From Kiritimatiellia bacterium (GTDB taxonomy: Bacteria > Verrucomicrobiota > Kiritimatiellia > RFP12 > JBMNHG01), in assembly GCA_050950285.1 (NCBI GenBank), contig JBMNHG010000011.1:248001-312000 (forward strand): a DNA stretch of 64,000 nucleotides, written 5' to 3'. Shown here piece after piece: positions 10,418 through 21,115 of the stretch. How positions within the stretch are numbered: the first letter of the stretch is position 1; every line of letters begins with the position of its first letter. The position numbers and the translations under genes were made by a program. The notes below the pieces were generated by a model. It ran no database searches, was not told the origin of the DNA, and saw nothing but the letters and a program-made list of their open reading frames with translations.

Positions 10418-13400
10418 CCGAATTCGCGGCATGCCGCGCGGCGCATGGCGCCCGCAGGGTCGACGGCGGCGCCGTACGCCCAGCTGCGCCCCTTGAACAA
10501 GGCCTGCTTGTGCCAGACATAGCGGTGCATGTTTGGCGCGACGGGCGGCCTGGTCCATTCCCAGTCCCATTCAAGACCTGCGGTTAGGTCGATGCCGTCG
10601 GCATCCTCCGCGATTTCCAGCACCTCGTCGCCGGACGACCAGAAGTTGTAGAGGACGGGGGCGGCGTCGGCGAAGCGCCCGCGCCAGGCGAGCCCGGCGC
10701 GGTCGTCGTCGGGGAAGGCCGCGGAGTTCGTGAAAAGCTGGCAATAGTTGGCCGACCAGGTGCGGGGCAGGTAGCCGCGCCAGTCGGGGTGCAGCAGGCG
10801 GTTGAGGGCGTTGGTGCGCTCGTCGACCATCGCGGCGTCGAAGGCCTCGGCGGGCACCGCGCCGTTGAGGGCGAAGAACTTGTCGGCCTGCATCCCGTGG
10901 TCGGCGATCGCGGCGGAGGTGAGCATGCAGCCGAGGCTGTGCGCCATCACGACGACCTGCGACTGGTTCGCCGCCTTGACCGCGTTGACGCGAGCGGCGT
11001 AGCCGGCGGCGGTCGCGAAGGCGTTGTTGACGTTGCCCGCGTAGGCGATCCTCGACCCCGTGTCGGAACTCCAGGTCACGGAGTGGAAGCGCGCGCGGCC
11101 GCCTTCCTGCCACAGCCGCTTGAAGAACTCCGCCCCCCACGCCCGCGCATCGTTCTCCGACACCCGGAAGCCGTGCGCCATGAAAACGTCAACGTTGGCG
11201 AGTTCCGAATCGGGCAGGCCGGACGGCTCATGCAGACGGTTCGGGAATGAAGGGCGCGCCCGGAAGTTGTGCCAGCGGTACATGTCCTCGACGCAGGAGA
11301 CGCGCAGGGGCAGGGACTTCTCCAGGATCTTCCTGCCGTCCCGCCAGATTTCAAGGACGAGGGGCTCGGTGGTCTCGGCGCGGCCCTCGACGAGGATGAC
11401 GCCCTTGGACGGGTCGGCGCGGACGGCATCGACGAAGGTGCCGGGGAGCGTCACGCCGCCGGCGGTGATCTTGCGGATGACGGCGGAGGCGAGGCCCGCG
11501 ACGTCCGAAACGAGGAAGGCGCCGGCGTCGTTGGTGGAGAGCGCGGTCGGGACATAGGCGAGCGCAGTGTTTTTCTGGCTCAGCCTGACCTCGATCTCGC
11601 CGCCGGGCGTCGCGTCGAGGTGGGCGAGGGCTTCGCCGATGTCCAGCCACACGGGGAAGAAGTCCGGCAGGTCGGCGCGGCCGTTGACGCGCCTGTCCCC
11701 GAAGTTGGCCTTGGACAGCCAGCCGGAGGACTGGCCGGGCAGGTCGCTTCCGCCTTCCGCGACGTCGCCCTTGTCCGCGTCGTCGTTGAGCCAGAGGCGG
11801 AAGGTGGCCCCGGACGCTTCGGCGGAGGAGATCGTCCGGTCGCGGTTGTAGTCGGGGACGAGGCCGGCGCGGACGACGGTGAGCCGGGCGGTCTTGCCGT
11901 CGGCGTGGAAGGTGTCGCTTTCTTCATGGAAGCCAAGGATGCCGCCGGGGTCGTCGGCGAGGACGGCCATGCCGGGGACGGAGGCGTCCGGGGAGAACTC
12001 GAGCGTGTAGTCGTAGTCGGGGCGGGGGGCGCCGTCGTAGTCGGGGTCGGTGGCGGCGTGCCCGAGCGCGACCTCGTAGGTCGCCCCGGCGGCAAGCCTG
12101 ACGGTGAGCGGGTCGGGCTGGCCGAACGCGCGGTTCACCAGCGTCCAGCCGGGGCGGGTGTCGCCGGATACCGGGGTGACCGTCAGGCGGTATTTTTCGG
12201 AGTGGCTGCCGCTCTCGTCGCCGAAGAGGATCGTGAAGGGGACGACCTCGCGGGGCTGGCTGTCCAAGTCGTCGAGCGGGTCGGAGCCCTGGCCGATCTC
12301 GTCGCCGTCCCGGACGCCGTCGCCGTCGGTGTCGGGGTTGAAGGGGTCGGTGCCGTCGGTCTCCTCCCCGGCGTTGGTGCGCCCGTCGCCGTCGGGGTCT
12401 TCGTCCGCGCCGTTGCCGGCGATGCCGTCGGTGTCGTTGTGGACGAACGGGCTCATGCCGCTGGCGAGCTCGAAGGCGTCGGAGAGGCCGTCGCCGTCGG
12501 TGTCCGAGGCGAGAGGGTCGAGCCCGGCGGCGGTCTCGTCGGCGTCGCCGATCCCGTCGCCGTCGCTGTCGGCGCGGAGCGGGTCGGTGCCGGTGCCGAA
12601 ATGGTAGGCGATGGAGAGGCCGGGGAAGACGGCGGGCTGGTGCCTGGAATAGGCGAGCGTGGTGTACGGGGCTCGGGCCTCCAGCCGTGCGTTGCGCCCG
12701 TCGCCGCGCCCGGCGGCGGCGGGGAAGACGACGTCGGCGCGGTCCGGGACGCCCTCCTGGAAAATGACCTGGAACGAGACGAGGTGGTTCGTGGTCGCGC
12801 CGCCGGAATGGAACCCCATGTTTTTGTATTCAACGACGCAGTACCGCGCGCCGTTGGTCGCGATGTCCGCGAGCGTGACCGATGAGCCGAGCCCGGCGGG
12901 ATAGGCCTTCAGGTTGTCGCGGAAGGCATCCAGTTGAAGGACGCTGTCCGAAAGGTATCCGTATGCGGCCGACCGGCCCAGTTCGACGAAGCCGTCGATC
13001 CCGACGCAGACGTTGGAGCAGACGGTGCCGTGGATCTCGACCGGGAAGGGCAGCGGCAGGACGGCCTGGCCGGAGTCGGGGTCGTCCATCAGCGCGAGGA
13101 CGTTCGTGCCGCCGGGGACGGCCAGCGGCGGCAGCCCCGCGCCGATCCACCCCGCTTCCCCGTGGTCGCCGAGGCCGTCGCCGTCGGTGTCCGCCAAGTG
13201 CGGGGAGGTGCCCAGCGCGGCCTCGCGCAGGTTGGGGATGTGGTCGCCGTCGGGGTCGGCGCCGGGGTCGGGGTCGGCGGCGTCGAGCGGGTCGAAGCCA
13301 TGCACGTCCTCCCACCCGTCCTTCATGCCGTCGCCGTCCGTGTCTTGTTTCCGGGGATTGGTCCCGCGCGCGATCTCCTCGCCGTCGTTCAGCCCGTCGC

Positions 13401-15930
13401 CGTCCGTGTCGGGGTCCAGCGGGTCGGAAGTCGGGGAGCCGCCGACCTCCGCGCCGTCCGTGCGCCCGTCGCCGTCGGTGTCGGGGTCGCGCGGGTCGGT
13501 GCCTTTATAACGCTCGTTTTTGTTGGACAGCCCGTCTCCGTCGGCGTCGGCGGGGCCGTCGGACGGGTCGGACGGGTCGAAGCCGTGCGCGGCCTCCCAC
13601 CCGTCCGGCATGCCGTCGTTGTCGGTGTCGGCCTTCAGCGGATTCGTTCCGGCGGGAATCTCGTCATGGTCGTCCAGCCCGTCCCGGTCCGAATCGCGGT
13701 GGTAGGGATCGGTCCCGAGCGCGGCCTCCGCGCCGTCCGAGAGGCCGTCGCCGTCCGTGTCCCAGTCGTTGGGATTCGAGGCGTGCCCGCGAGTCCCGAG
13801 ATATTCCTCCGCGAAGGAGAGGCCGTCGCCGTCGCAGTCCGAGAGGCCGTCGGACGGGTCGAGCGGGTCGAACTCCGGCATCCGCCGGAACTCCCAGCCG
13901 TCGCCCAGCCCGTCGCCGTCGGTGTCGGGGTCGAGCGGGTCGGTGCCGGCATCCGCCTCGTCGCCGTCCGCAAGGCCGTCGCCGTCGGTGTCGTAACCAA
14001 ACGGGTCGGTGCCGAGGGCAAGCTCCGCGCCGTCGTCCAGCCCGTCGGCGTCGGTATCGGGGTCGAGCGGGCCGGTGCCGATCCCGAAGCGGTATTCCAG
14101 CGCGAGGCCGTCCGCGACGGACGCCGTGTCGCGTGAAAACTGGAGCGCCTGCGGGACCGTCCGCGCCCCCAGCGTGGCCGAGCGCCCGTCGCCGCGGCCG
14201 TTGGCGTCCCGGTAGAACACGCGGAAGCGGTTCGAGACGCCCTCCTCGAAGACCAGCTGGAACGAGACGAGGTTGTTCGTGGTCGCACCGCCGGAATGGA
14301 AGCCCGCGTTTTTGTATTCGACGACGCAGTGGAGGTGGCCGTTTGTCACGACATCCGCCAGCGTGACGGCGGAACCCAGCGCGGGGTAGAGGCGCAGGTC
14401 GTCCCAGAACCCGGCGGCGAGCAAGCCGCAGCCGGACGGCATGTGCGCACGGCCCATGTCGCCATTGGCGTACCGCCCGGTGCCGATCGTCCCGGCCCCC
14501 GGGAAGAATCCGGCGATCCCGTTGGCGTTGGCCGACAGGCTGGTCAGGACCCGCCCCCCGAAGAAGAGCGGGAACGGGAGCGCCCCCTCCGCGCAGCCAT
14601 TGTCCATGTCGGACGCGAACCGCGCGGTCAGGTCCGTCCCGCCCGACGCGTCGAACCACCGGAAAGCCGTCGCCGCGACCGACGGCGGGCCGTATTCCTC
14701 CCCGTCCGTGAGGCCGTCGTCGTCGCTGTCGCTATCGCGCGGATCCGTCCCCAGCGCGGCCTCCAGGGCGTTCGGAAGCCCGTCGCCGTCGGGGTCGGCG
14801 CCGGGGCCGTCGCTCCCGTCGAGCGGATCCAGCCCCAGCGCGATCTCCGCGCCGTCGGGGCGGCCGTCGTCGTCCGTGTCGGCGTCGTCCGGGTCGGTGA
14901 GATGGACCCAGGTCTCCAGCGCGTCGGAAAGGCCGTCGCCGTCCGCGTCGACGAGCGAGGCGGCGCGGAAGAACGCGGAGGCGGACGCCTCCGCATCGAA
15001 CGGCGCGGCGACGTTGGTGTAGGCCACGCCGGAGACATAGAGGGAGTCCGCCGTGTTCGTGACGGCCGGCCCGTCGGGATCCGCCTGCTGCGCGGGCGGG
15101 AGCAGGTTCAAGGGGATCGAGTTGGACGCGGAGCCCCCGGACGGCTCGACCGGGATCTGCGCCAGCGGATGCCACGCGGTGCCGCCCGCCGCGTTCGTCG
15201 CGTCGAGGCGCGGCGCGCAGAGGATGTCCAGCCGGTTCCCCGGCAGCGGATGGTTCTCCGGCCACGCCAGGGCGAGCTGCACGGAGTTGGAGTCCACCCG
15301 GATGCCCGTGAACCGCAGCCCGTTCGTCCCGCCCGTCCCGCCTCCGCCCGGCGGGTTCCAGAAGCTCCGCCGCGCCTCCGCGTAGGCGCCGAGGTTGGTC
15401 GCGTCGACGAAATGCCACTCCATCTCGACGTGCGACGGCAGCAGCAGCAGGCGCGTGAAGTCCAGCGCGGACTGGGAGAGGCCGTTCGTCGGCGCGTCCG
15501 GCACGCCGTGCAGCTCCGCGATCCAGTCCGGGGCGTAGCCCGCGCCGGACAGCGGCGGCAGCGCGTCGAACGGGGAGCCGCCCGCGTCGTGGAAGCCGAT
15601 GACGCCGCTCGCGTCGTCCGTGCGCAGCGTGACGGGGAAGATCTCGACCCCGCCGAAATTCGTCGCCGCGAGCCCGTCCAGGAACCCCGCGCCGAATCCG
15701 TTCGTGGCGGCCGCCGTCCGGTCGACCGTCCCGCCCCACACCGTGAGGGCGCGGTTCGTCACGGGGAAGAACAGCCCGACGCCCGACGCCTGCCCCCGTT
15801 CGTACGCCAGCGCCAGATCCGTCTTGTTGTGCGGCTCGCCCGCAAATCCCGGAGAGGGGAAGCCCGCCTGCGCCTGCAGGGACGCCACCGGCACAAGAGC
15901 CGCCGCGACGATCGCGATGCGCTTGTTCAT
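10315..15930 (-). CDS. Large secreted protein: signal peptide, 21 DxDxDG Ca-binding (TSP3-like) repeats, two nidogen-like domains, PAD-like Ig domain and C-terminal alpha/beta hydrolase (DUF900-like); 3' end probably truncated
   Basis: Starts [22 protein letters not shown]. Repeated DTDGDGLxDGxE units; [18 protein letters not shown]...FHSVTW...MAHSLG nucleophile elbow. The ORF tail overlaps the convergent gene by 103 bp. Confidence 0.8.
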   Translation of the reverse strand: MNKRIAIVAAALVPVASLQAQAGFPSPGFAGEPHNKTDLALAYERGQASGVGLFFPVTNRALTVWGGTVDRTAAATNGFGAGFLDGLAATNFGGVEIFPVTLRTDDASGVIGFHDAGGSPFDALPPLSGAGYAPDWIAELHGVPDAPTNGLSQSALDFTRLLLLPSHVEMEWHFVDATNLGAYAEARRSFWNPPGGGGTGGTNGLRFTGIRVDSNSVQLALAWPENHPLPGNRLDILCAPRLDATNAAGGTAWHPLAQIPVEPSGGSASNSIPLNLLPPAQQADPDGPAVTNTADSLYVSGVAYTNVAAPFDAEASASAFFRAASLVDADGDGLSDALETWVHLTDPDDADTDDDGRPDGAEIALGLDPLDGSDGPGADPDGDGLPNALEAALGTDPRDSDSDDDGLTDGEEYGPPSVAATAFRWFDASGGTDLTARFASDMDNGCAEGALPFPLFFGGRVLTSLSANANGIAGFFPGAGTIGTGRYANGDMGRAHMPSGCGLLAAGFWDDLRLYPALGSAVTLADVVTNGHLHCVVEYKNAGFHSGGATTNNLVSFQLVFEEGVSNRFRVFYRDANGRGDGRSATLGARTVPQALQFSRDTASVADGLALEYRFGIGTGPLDPDTDADGLDDGAELALGTDPFGYDTDGDGLADGDEADAGTDPLDPDTDGDGLGDGWEFRRMPEFDPLDPSDGLSDCDGDGLSFAEEYLGTRGHASNPNDWDTDGDGLSDGAEAALGTDPYHRDSDRDGLDDHDEIPAGTNPLKADTDNDGMPDGWEAAHGFDPSDPSDGPADADGDGLSNKNERYKGTDPRDPDTDGDGRTDGAEVGGSPTSDPLDPDTDGDGLNDGEEIARGTNPRKQDTDGDGMKDGWEDVHGFDPLDAADPDPGADPDGDHIPNLREAALGTSPHLADTDGDGLGDHGEAGWIGAGLPPLAVPGGTNVLALMDDPDSGQAVLPLPFPVEIHGTVCSNVCVGIDGFVELGRSAAYGYLSDSVLQLDAFRDNLKAYPAGLGSSVTLADIATNGARYCVVEYKNMGFHSGGATTNHLVSFQVIFQEGVPDRADVVFPAAAGRGDGRNARLEARAPYTTLAYSRHQPAVFPGLSIAYHFGTGTDPLRADSDGDGIGDADETAAGLDPLASDTDGDGLSDAFELASGMSPFVHNDTDGIAGNGADEDPDGDGRTNAGEETDGTDPFNPDTDGDGVRDGDEIGQGSDPLDDLDSQPREVVPFTILFGDESGSHSEKYRLTVTPVSGDTRPGWTLVNRAFGQPDPLTVRLAAGATYEVALGHAATDPDYDGAPRPDYDYTLEFSPDASVPGMAVLADDPGGILGFHEESDTFHADGKTARLTVVRAGLVPDYNRDRTISSAEASGATFRLWLNDDADKGDVAEGGSDLPGQSSGWLSKANFGDRRVNGRADLPDFFPVWLDIGEALAHLDATPGGEIEVRLSQKNTALAYVPTALSTNDAGAFLVSDVAGLASAVIRKITAGGVTLPGTFVDAVRADPSKGVILVEGRAETTEPLVLEIWRDGRKILEKSLPLRVSCVEDMYRWHNFRARPSFPNRLHEPSGLPDSELANVDVFMAHGFRVSENDARAWGAEFFKRLWQEGGRARFHSVTWSSDTGSRIAYAGNVNNAFATAAGYAARVNAVKAANQSQVVVMAHSLGCMLTSAAIADHGMQADKFFALNGAVPAEAFDAAMVDERTNALNRLLHPDWRGYLPRTWSANYCQLFTNSAAFPDDDRAGLAWRGRFADAAPVLYNFWSSGDEVLEIAEDADGIDLTAGLEWDWEWTRPPVAPNMHRYVWHKQALFKGRSWAYGAAVDPAGAMRRAACREFGHRGRRQRARMALAACSKRSQRASGGMRWSKPGT

Positions 15931-16104
15931 ATCCACTGCCATCCCATGGGGCAGGCCGGCGACCCGCCGGATCCCATGGCGACACACAGTATGCGGGGCG
16001 GGGGGAAAAAAGTCAGCCCTGAAATTCGGAAAAAAGCGCCGGCGTCGGAGGCGTCCGCCTCGCTTCGACAAGCGAGGGGGAGGCGCGCCGCTCTTCGGGA
16101 TCGC

Positions 16105-16133
16105 TTGACTTGCCTGCGATCCCGATGTACTCT
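16105..16133 (+). promoter_or_regulatory. Sigma70-like promoter for rnr
   Basis: TTGACT-17 nt-TACTCT. Confidence 0.55.
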
Positions 16134-16341
16134 TTCCGCATCCTTTCTGCCGACGTCATATCTTATTGGGCGACAAGGCTAGGGGACGTGCCGCAATCCG
16201 CGGGCCGACGATGTGCGCCCTGTCTTCTGCGACATCCCGGTCCTTTTCGAGTGGAAGGGTCCATCCCGCCCCTTTCTGAATTCCTCCAGGCAGAATTCCC
16301 TCCCTGCGACATCGTGCTCTCGGGGCATCCTACCACACGCC

Positions 16342-18603
16342 ATGCAACATACTCCTTCTGCGTCCGCCGAAACGGACGCCCTGCGCTATCTTTTCGAGAG
16401 CGACCCGGAACACGTCTGGGCCGTGGATGAAATCGGCGCCATCCTCGGGTATCGCGGCAAGCGCCGCTCCCGTCTCGTGAAACTTCTCAAGGGACTGGTC
16501 GCGGAAGGCGCCGTCCAAGAACGCGCATCCGGACATTTCGCGCTGGGGAAGGGTGCCGGGTTGATCACGGGGCGCCTTTCCGCCGTGCGAAGCGGGAACG
16601 CCTACCTGGACGACCCCGCGTCCGGCCGTTCCTACCGGATTTCCGCGGAGGATCTCGCTACCGCGCTCCATGGCGACACCGTGGAGATCCGCCCCGTGGT
16701 CGGCGCCGCCGCCCGCGGCCACGCTTCCGCCGCCAAGGTCGTGCGCGTGGTGCGGCGCGCCGCCCGCGACATCGTGGGCACGCTTGTCAAGGCGGGCCGC
16801 ACCCTGTACGTGCTTCCGCTCGACCCCATCTACCGCCGGGACTTCCGGGTGAAGGACGCCCATGGCGCGAAAGAGGGCGACCGCGTGGTCATCCGTTTCC
16901 AGGAGTGGGCCCATCGCGACGCCGATCCCGAGGCGGAGATCGTGGACGTGATCGGGCCTGCGTACAAGCCGTCCCTCGACACCGAGGCCGTCTGCCGCCA
17001 GTACGGACTTCCCGGCGACTTCCCCGCCAAGGCCGTGCGCGAGGCCGAGACCGTCTCCGGTCTCCTTGCCTCGCCCGGCAGGCGCGAGGACCTCCGCGAC
17101 CTGTACACCCTCACCATCGACCCGCCCACCGCGCGCGATTTCGACGACGCCATCTCGATGACGCGCGACAAGCGCGGCCGCCGCGTGCTCGGCGTGCACA
17201 TCGCGGACGTCGCGCACTTCGTCCGGAAGGGCGGGGCGCTCGATGCCGAGGCCCGCGAGCGCGGAACCAGCGTGTACCTCGTGGACCGCGTGATCCCGAT
17301 GCTCCCCGAGCAGCTTTCCAACGGCGTGTGCAGCCTGCGCCCCGGCGAGGACCGCCTCTGCCTTTCCGCCTTCCTCGCCTTCGACGACGCCGGGAAGCAG
17401 GTGGCCTGCCGCTTCGCGAAGACCGTCATCCGGTCGCGCCTCCGCCTGGACTACGGGCAGGCCCTCGACATGATCGAAGGGCGCGCCGTGGCGGATCTTC
17501 CCGACCCGCCCGCCGAGGCGCTTGCCACCGTGCGCGCCGCCGACGCCCTCGCGCGCCAGCTTCGCGAAGCCCGCATGCGCGCCGGCGCCCTCGACCTCGA
17601 GGTGCCCGAGTGCGAGATCGTGCTGGATGCCGAAGGCCGCATGACGGGCGTGCGCCTCACGCCCTCCGACCCCTCCCACCAGCTCATCGAGGAGTGCATG
17701 GTGGCCGCCAACGAGGCCGTTGCCTCCGCATTGCAGTCGCGTGGCATCCGCATCCTCTCCCGCCTGCACGAGCCGCCGGACCCCGAAAAGATGGAGGAAC
17801 TCTCCGCATCGCTCGCCGCTCTCGGCTTCCGTGCCGGGAGCCTCAAGGATCCGCGCATCCTCTCGCGCTTCCTCGCCTCCACTGCAGGCCACCCGCTGCG
17901 GGACCAGGCGCACACCCTCACCTTGCGCAGCCTGAAGCGCGCGGTCTACTCCGCGGACGCTTCCGGCCATTTCGGCCTCGCCAAGAAACACTACGCGCAC
18001 TTCACGTCGCCGATCCGCCGCTATCCCGACCTCGTGCTGCACCGCCAGTTGGCCGGGCTCCTCTCCGGCGGCCCTTCGCGCGCCTCGCTGCCCGTTCCGC
18101 AGCTCGCCTCCCTCGCCGAACTCGCGACGGATCGCGAGCAGCGCGCCGACGACGCCGAGCGCGCCCTTCTTGAAATCAAGAAGTTCCGCTTCCTCCAGCA
18201 GCAGATCGATGATCGCTCCCTCGACACCTACGAGGCCGCCATCTCCCGCGTCACGAACTTCGGAATCTTCGTGGACGTCCGCGTGTTGCAGCTTGGCGGG
18301 CTCGTTCACGTCGGCGGTCTCTCCCGCCGCGCCCTCCGCTACGACCGCCTGAAGGAAACCCTCTCCGACGGCCGAACCACCTTCCGCGTTGGCGACGTCG
18401 TGCGGGTGCAGGTCGAGCGGGTGGACTTCGACCAGCGCCGCGTCGATTTCTCCTTGGCGGCCGAGGAGAAGCCTTCCCCGGGCCGGAAGCCTTCGCGCCG
18501 GAAGACTCCATCGAGGTCGTCGAAGGGGACGCCGCCGAAGAAACCCCCGAAGAAGATGCCTCGCAAGGGCGCCGTGAGGGGCAAGCGCCGTCCTGCGCGA
18601 TAG
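16342..18603 (+). CDS. rnr: Ribonuclease R
   Basis: TIDPPTARDFDDA, HIADV, RGTSVY, CSLRP, IEECMVAANE, HFTSPIRRYPDL motifs, S1 domain and basic tail. Confidence 0.95.
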   Translation: MQHTPSASAETDALRYLFESDPEHVWAVDEIGAILGYRGKRRSRLVKLLKGLVAEGAVQERASGHFALGKGAGLITGRLSAVRSGNAYLDDPASGRSYRISAEDLATALHGDTVEIRPVVGAAARGHASAAKVVRVVRRAARDIVGTLVKAGRTLYVLPLDPIYRRDFRVKDAHGAKEGDRVVIRFQEWAHRDADPEAEIVDVIGPAYKPSLDTEAVCRQYGLPGDFPAKAVREAETVSGLLASPGRREDLRDLYTLTIDPPTARDFDDAISMTRDKRGRRVLGVHIADVAHFVRKGGALDAEARERGTSVYLVDRVIPMLPEQLSNGVCSLRPGEDRLCLSAFLAFDDAGKQVACRFAKTVIRSRLRLDYGQALDMIEGRAVADLPDPPAEALATVRAADALARQLREARMRAGALDLEVPECEIVLDAEGRMTGVRLTPSDPSHQLIEECMVAANEAVASALQSRGIRILSRLHEPPDPEKMEELSASLAALGFRAGSLKDPRILSRFLASTAGHPLRDQAHTLTLRSLKRAVYSADASGHFGLAKKHYAHFTSPIRRYPDLVLHRQLAGLLSGGPSRASLPVPQLASLAELATDREQRADDAERALLEIKKFRFLQQQIDDRSLDTYEAAISRVTNFGIFVDVRVLQLGGLVHVGGLSRRALRYDRLKETLSDGRTTFRVGDVVRVQVERVDFDQRRVDFSLAAEEKPSPGRKPSRRKTPSRSSKGTPPKKPPKKMPRKGAVRGKRRPAR

Positions 18604-18628
18604 GGCGGCGGCGGTTCGCGGGCGGGGC

Positions 18629-19774
18629 TCAGGCGCCGTCCGGCGCGGTTTCGCCTGCGTTGGCGCGCGAAACCGGGATCGTGAAAAGCCAGTCGTCGCC
18701 CAGGCGGCGCGCGGCGGGCGTCTCCAGCGCGAGGGCGTCCGCGAGGAGCAGGTCGAGCCCGGCGATTCCGGGGCGCGCCCTGGCGTCGCCCAGGAGTTTT
18801 GGCGCGTAGAAGAGGGCCAGTTCGTCCACCAGGCCGCTGCGCAGGAGCGAGCCGGCGAGAACCCCGCCGCCTTCGCAGAGCACGTGGAGCAGGCCTTCGT
18901 CGCCCAATCGGCGCAAGAGTGCGGGCAGGTCGATCTGTCGGGGCGCGTTGGGATCCGGCATCGTCCAGACGCGCGCGCCGCGGGCGGTCCATTCGCGCAG
19001 GCGATCGTGGGAAGGGGCAGACGCGGTGGCCACGACCGTGCGTGCCGCGGCGGCATCGCCGAGCACCCGGGCATGGGGAGGGATGCGCCCGCGGCCGTCC
19101 ACGACCACGCGCCAGGCGTCGCGCGGCGCGCCGCGAAGCCGGCAAAGGAGGGAGGGGTCGTCCGCCCTCACCGTGCCGGCGCCGACCATCACGGCGTCGC
19201 AGCGGCGGCGGAGCCTCTGCACCCAGGCGCGGGCCTTGGGGCCGGTGATCCAGCGCGAGGAGCCGTCGCGGTCCGCGATGCGGCCGTCGAGCGTCATGGC
19301 GAGCTTGAGGGTGAGGAAGGGGCGTCCGCGCAAGAGGCGGGTGGCGAAGGGCCGGACCAGGGCTTCCGCTTCGGCGCGGCAGAGTCCGACCTCGACCGCC
19401 ACCCCCGCCGCGCGGAGCAGGTCGAAGCCGCGCCCGGCGTGGTCCGGGTTCGGGTCGGGGCAGGCCGCCACCACCCGGCGGATGCCGGAACGCAGGATCA
19501 AGTCCGTGCACGGGGGAGTGCGGCCCGCCGTGCTGCACGGTTCGAGCGTGACATAGAGCGTGGCGTCGGGGGAGGGGGGGCGCGGACAGGCGGCGAAGGC
19601 CTCCACCTCCGCGTGCGGCTGCCCTGCCGCACGATGCCAGCCCTCGCCGAGCGGCGCGCCGTTTTCCACGACCACGGCGCCGACGGGAGGGTTGGGTCGC
19701 GTGAAGCCTTCGCCGCGGCGCGCCAGCGAAAGCGCACGGCGCATCCAGCGAAGGTCGTCGCGCGGGTGGCTCAT
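18629..19774 (-). CDS. ribD: Riboflavin biosynthesis deaminase/reductase RibD
   Basis: PNPPVGAV, HAEV, TLEPC....TPPC, KLAMTLDG and VLCEGG motifs. ATGA overlap with the nusB stop. Confidence 0.95.
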   Translation of the reverse strand: MSHPRDDLRWMRRALSLARRGEGFTRPNPPVGAVVVENGAPLGEGWHRAAGQPHAEVEAFAACPRPPSPDATLYVTLEPCSTAGRTPPCTDLILRSGIRRVVAACPDPNPDHAGRGFDLLRAAGVAVEVGLCRAEAEALVRPFATRLLRGRPFLTLKLAMTLDGRIADRDGSSRWITGPKARAWVQRLRRRCDAVMVGAGTVRADDPSLLCRLRGAPRDAWRVVVDGRGRIPPHARVLGDAAAARTVVATASAPSHDRLREWTARGARVWTMPDPNAPRQIDLPALLRRLGDEGLLHVLCEGGGVLAGSLLRSGLVDELALFYAPKLLGDARARPGIAGLDLLLADALALETPAARRLGDDWLFTIPVSRANAGETAPDGA

Positions 19775-20439
19775 GGTGCGGGCGTCCATGTCTCCGGCGT
19801 GCGCGCGGGCTTCCGGGGCCTGGCGTCCCTGGCGCTGCGGGGGGGGGTGGGTTTGCGGGGGCGGGCGGGTTTCACGGGAGTGCGGTCGTGACGCGTCACG
19901 TCGCGCTTCGCCCGGTCGAGGATGCCGTTGACGAAACTGCCGGAATGGGAGTTCGAGAAGAACTTGGCCAGGTCGATGGCCTCGTTGATGCAGACCACCG
20001 GCGGCGTCTCTTCCGCATGGAACATCTCGAACATCGCGAGACGGAGCACATTGCGGTCCACGGCGCCCATGCGGTAGACCGGCCAGTCGATCGAATAGGA
20101 CTCGATCCGCGCGTCGATGTCGTTCCGGTTCGCCCATGTTCCGCGCACCAGGGACTCGGAAAAGCGGCGGAGGCCGGGGGAGGCGACGATGTCCGGACCG
20201 GAATAGGGTTTGCCGGACGGCGCCCGTTCCCGCGGCGCGATCGCCATGGCGAAGGGGTTCCGGGCGAGCATGGCGGGTTCGGGAGGCGCGTCGTCCTCCT
20301 CCTTTTCAAGGATGAGGCGGACCTGCTGCTCCCAGAACGCCGCGAACACCGAGTCGAGGTCGGCGTCGGCGACGGGATTGAAGTCCAACTGGAAAAGCAA
20401 TTGAAGCGCCCATTCGCGGGCTTCGCGCCGGGTGGCCAT
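19771..20439 (-). CDS. nusB: Transcription antitermination factor NusB
   Basis: RREAREWALQLLFQ, VDRNVLRLA, INEAIDLAK and FVNGILD motifs. Confidence 0.92.
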   Translation of the reverse strand: MATRREAREWALQLLFQLDFNPVADADLDSVFAAFWEQQVRLILEKEEDDAPPEPAMLARNPFAMAIAPRERAPSGKPYSGPDIVASPGLRRFSESLVRGTWANRNDIDARIESYSIDWPVYRMGAVDRNVLRLAMFEMFHAEETPPVVCINEAIDLAKFFSNSHSGSFVNGILDRAKRDVTRHDRTPVKPARPRKPTPPRSARDARPRKPARTPETWTPAP

Positions 20440-20463
20440 GGGAAGCGGCTCCAACGGGGCGCA

Positions 20464-20931
20464 TCAGGGGAGGGCGCGGAAGAGCGAGGCCATCTCGATG
20501 GCGGCCTGCATGGCGTCCCAGCCCTTGTTCCCGGCCTTGGTGCCGGCGCGTTCCACGGCCTGCTCCAGGGTGTCGGCGCAGATGATGCCGTTCAGCACGG
20601 GCACGCCGGACTCGAGGCCGATGGCGGCGAGCGAGCGCGAGACCTGGTGGTTGATGAGGTCGGCGTGCGGCGTGGCCCCGCGGATCACCGCGCCCACGGC
20701 GGCAATGGCGTCATAACCTTTTCCGGCTTTGACGAGCCGGGCGACGGCAAGGGGGATCTCGCTGGCGCCGGGGACGCGCACGAGGGCCAGGTCCGCCTCG
20801 CTGCCGCCATGGCGCACGAAGCAGTCCGCGGCGCCTTTGACCAGCTGTTCGGTGAGGAAGCTGTTGAAGCGGCTGGCGACGATGGCGATCTTCAATCCGG
20901 AGGCGTCGAGGTTGCCGGAAAACTCTTTCAT
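20464..20931 (-). CDS. ribH: 6,7-dimethyl-8-ribityllumazine synthase
   Basis: IVASRFN, VPGASEIP, GAVIRGATPH and ERAGTKAGNKG motifs. Confidence 0.97.
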   Translation of the reverse strand: MKEFSGNLDASGLKIAIVASRFNSFLTEQLVKGAADCFVRHGGSEADLALVRVPGASEIPLAVARLVKAGKGYDAIAAVGAVIRGATPHADLINHQVSRSLAAIGLESGVPVLNGIICADTLEQAVERAGTKAGNKGWDAMQAAIEMASLFRALP

Positions 20932-21115
20932 GGGGAACTCCTCGGTGGGGTGTTGGGCGTCATCATAACACACCCCAAGCCAGAGGGGAAACACAAACGG
21001 GCGAGGGGGAAAGCGGGGGAATCCGATTGAAGACTGCGGGGGCTTCCGATAAAATTCCCTTTCCTTTTCCCCGTTCCCCATTTTCCTCCCTTTCCCTTTT
21101 CTGGAGATTCCCACC

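Noticed and set aside
20932..21115. FMN riboswitch upstream of ribH-nusB-ribD
   Set aside because: The conserved RFN motifs are not present; the region is a divergent promoter with pyrimidine tracts.
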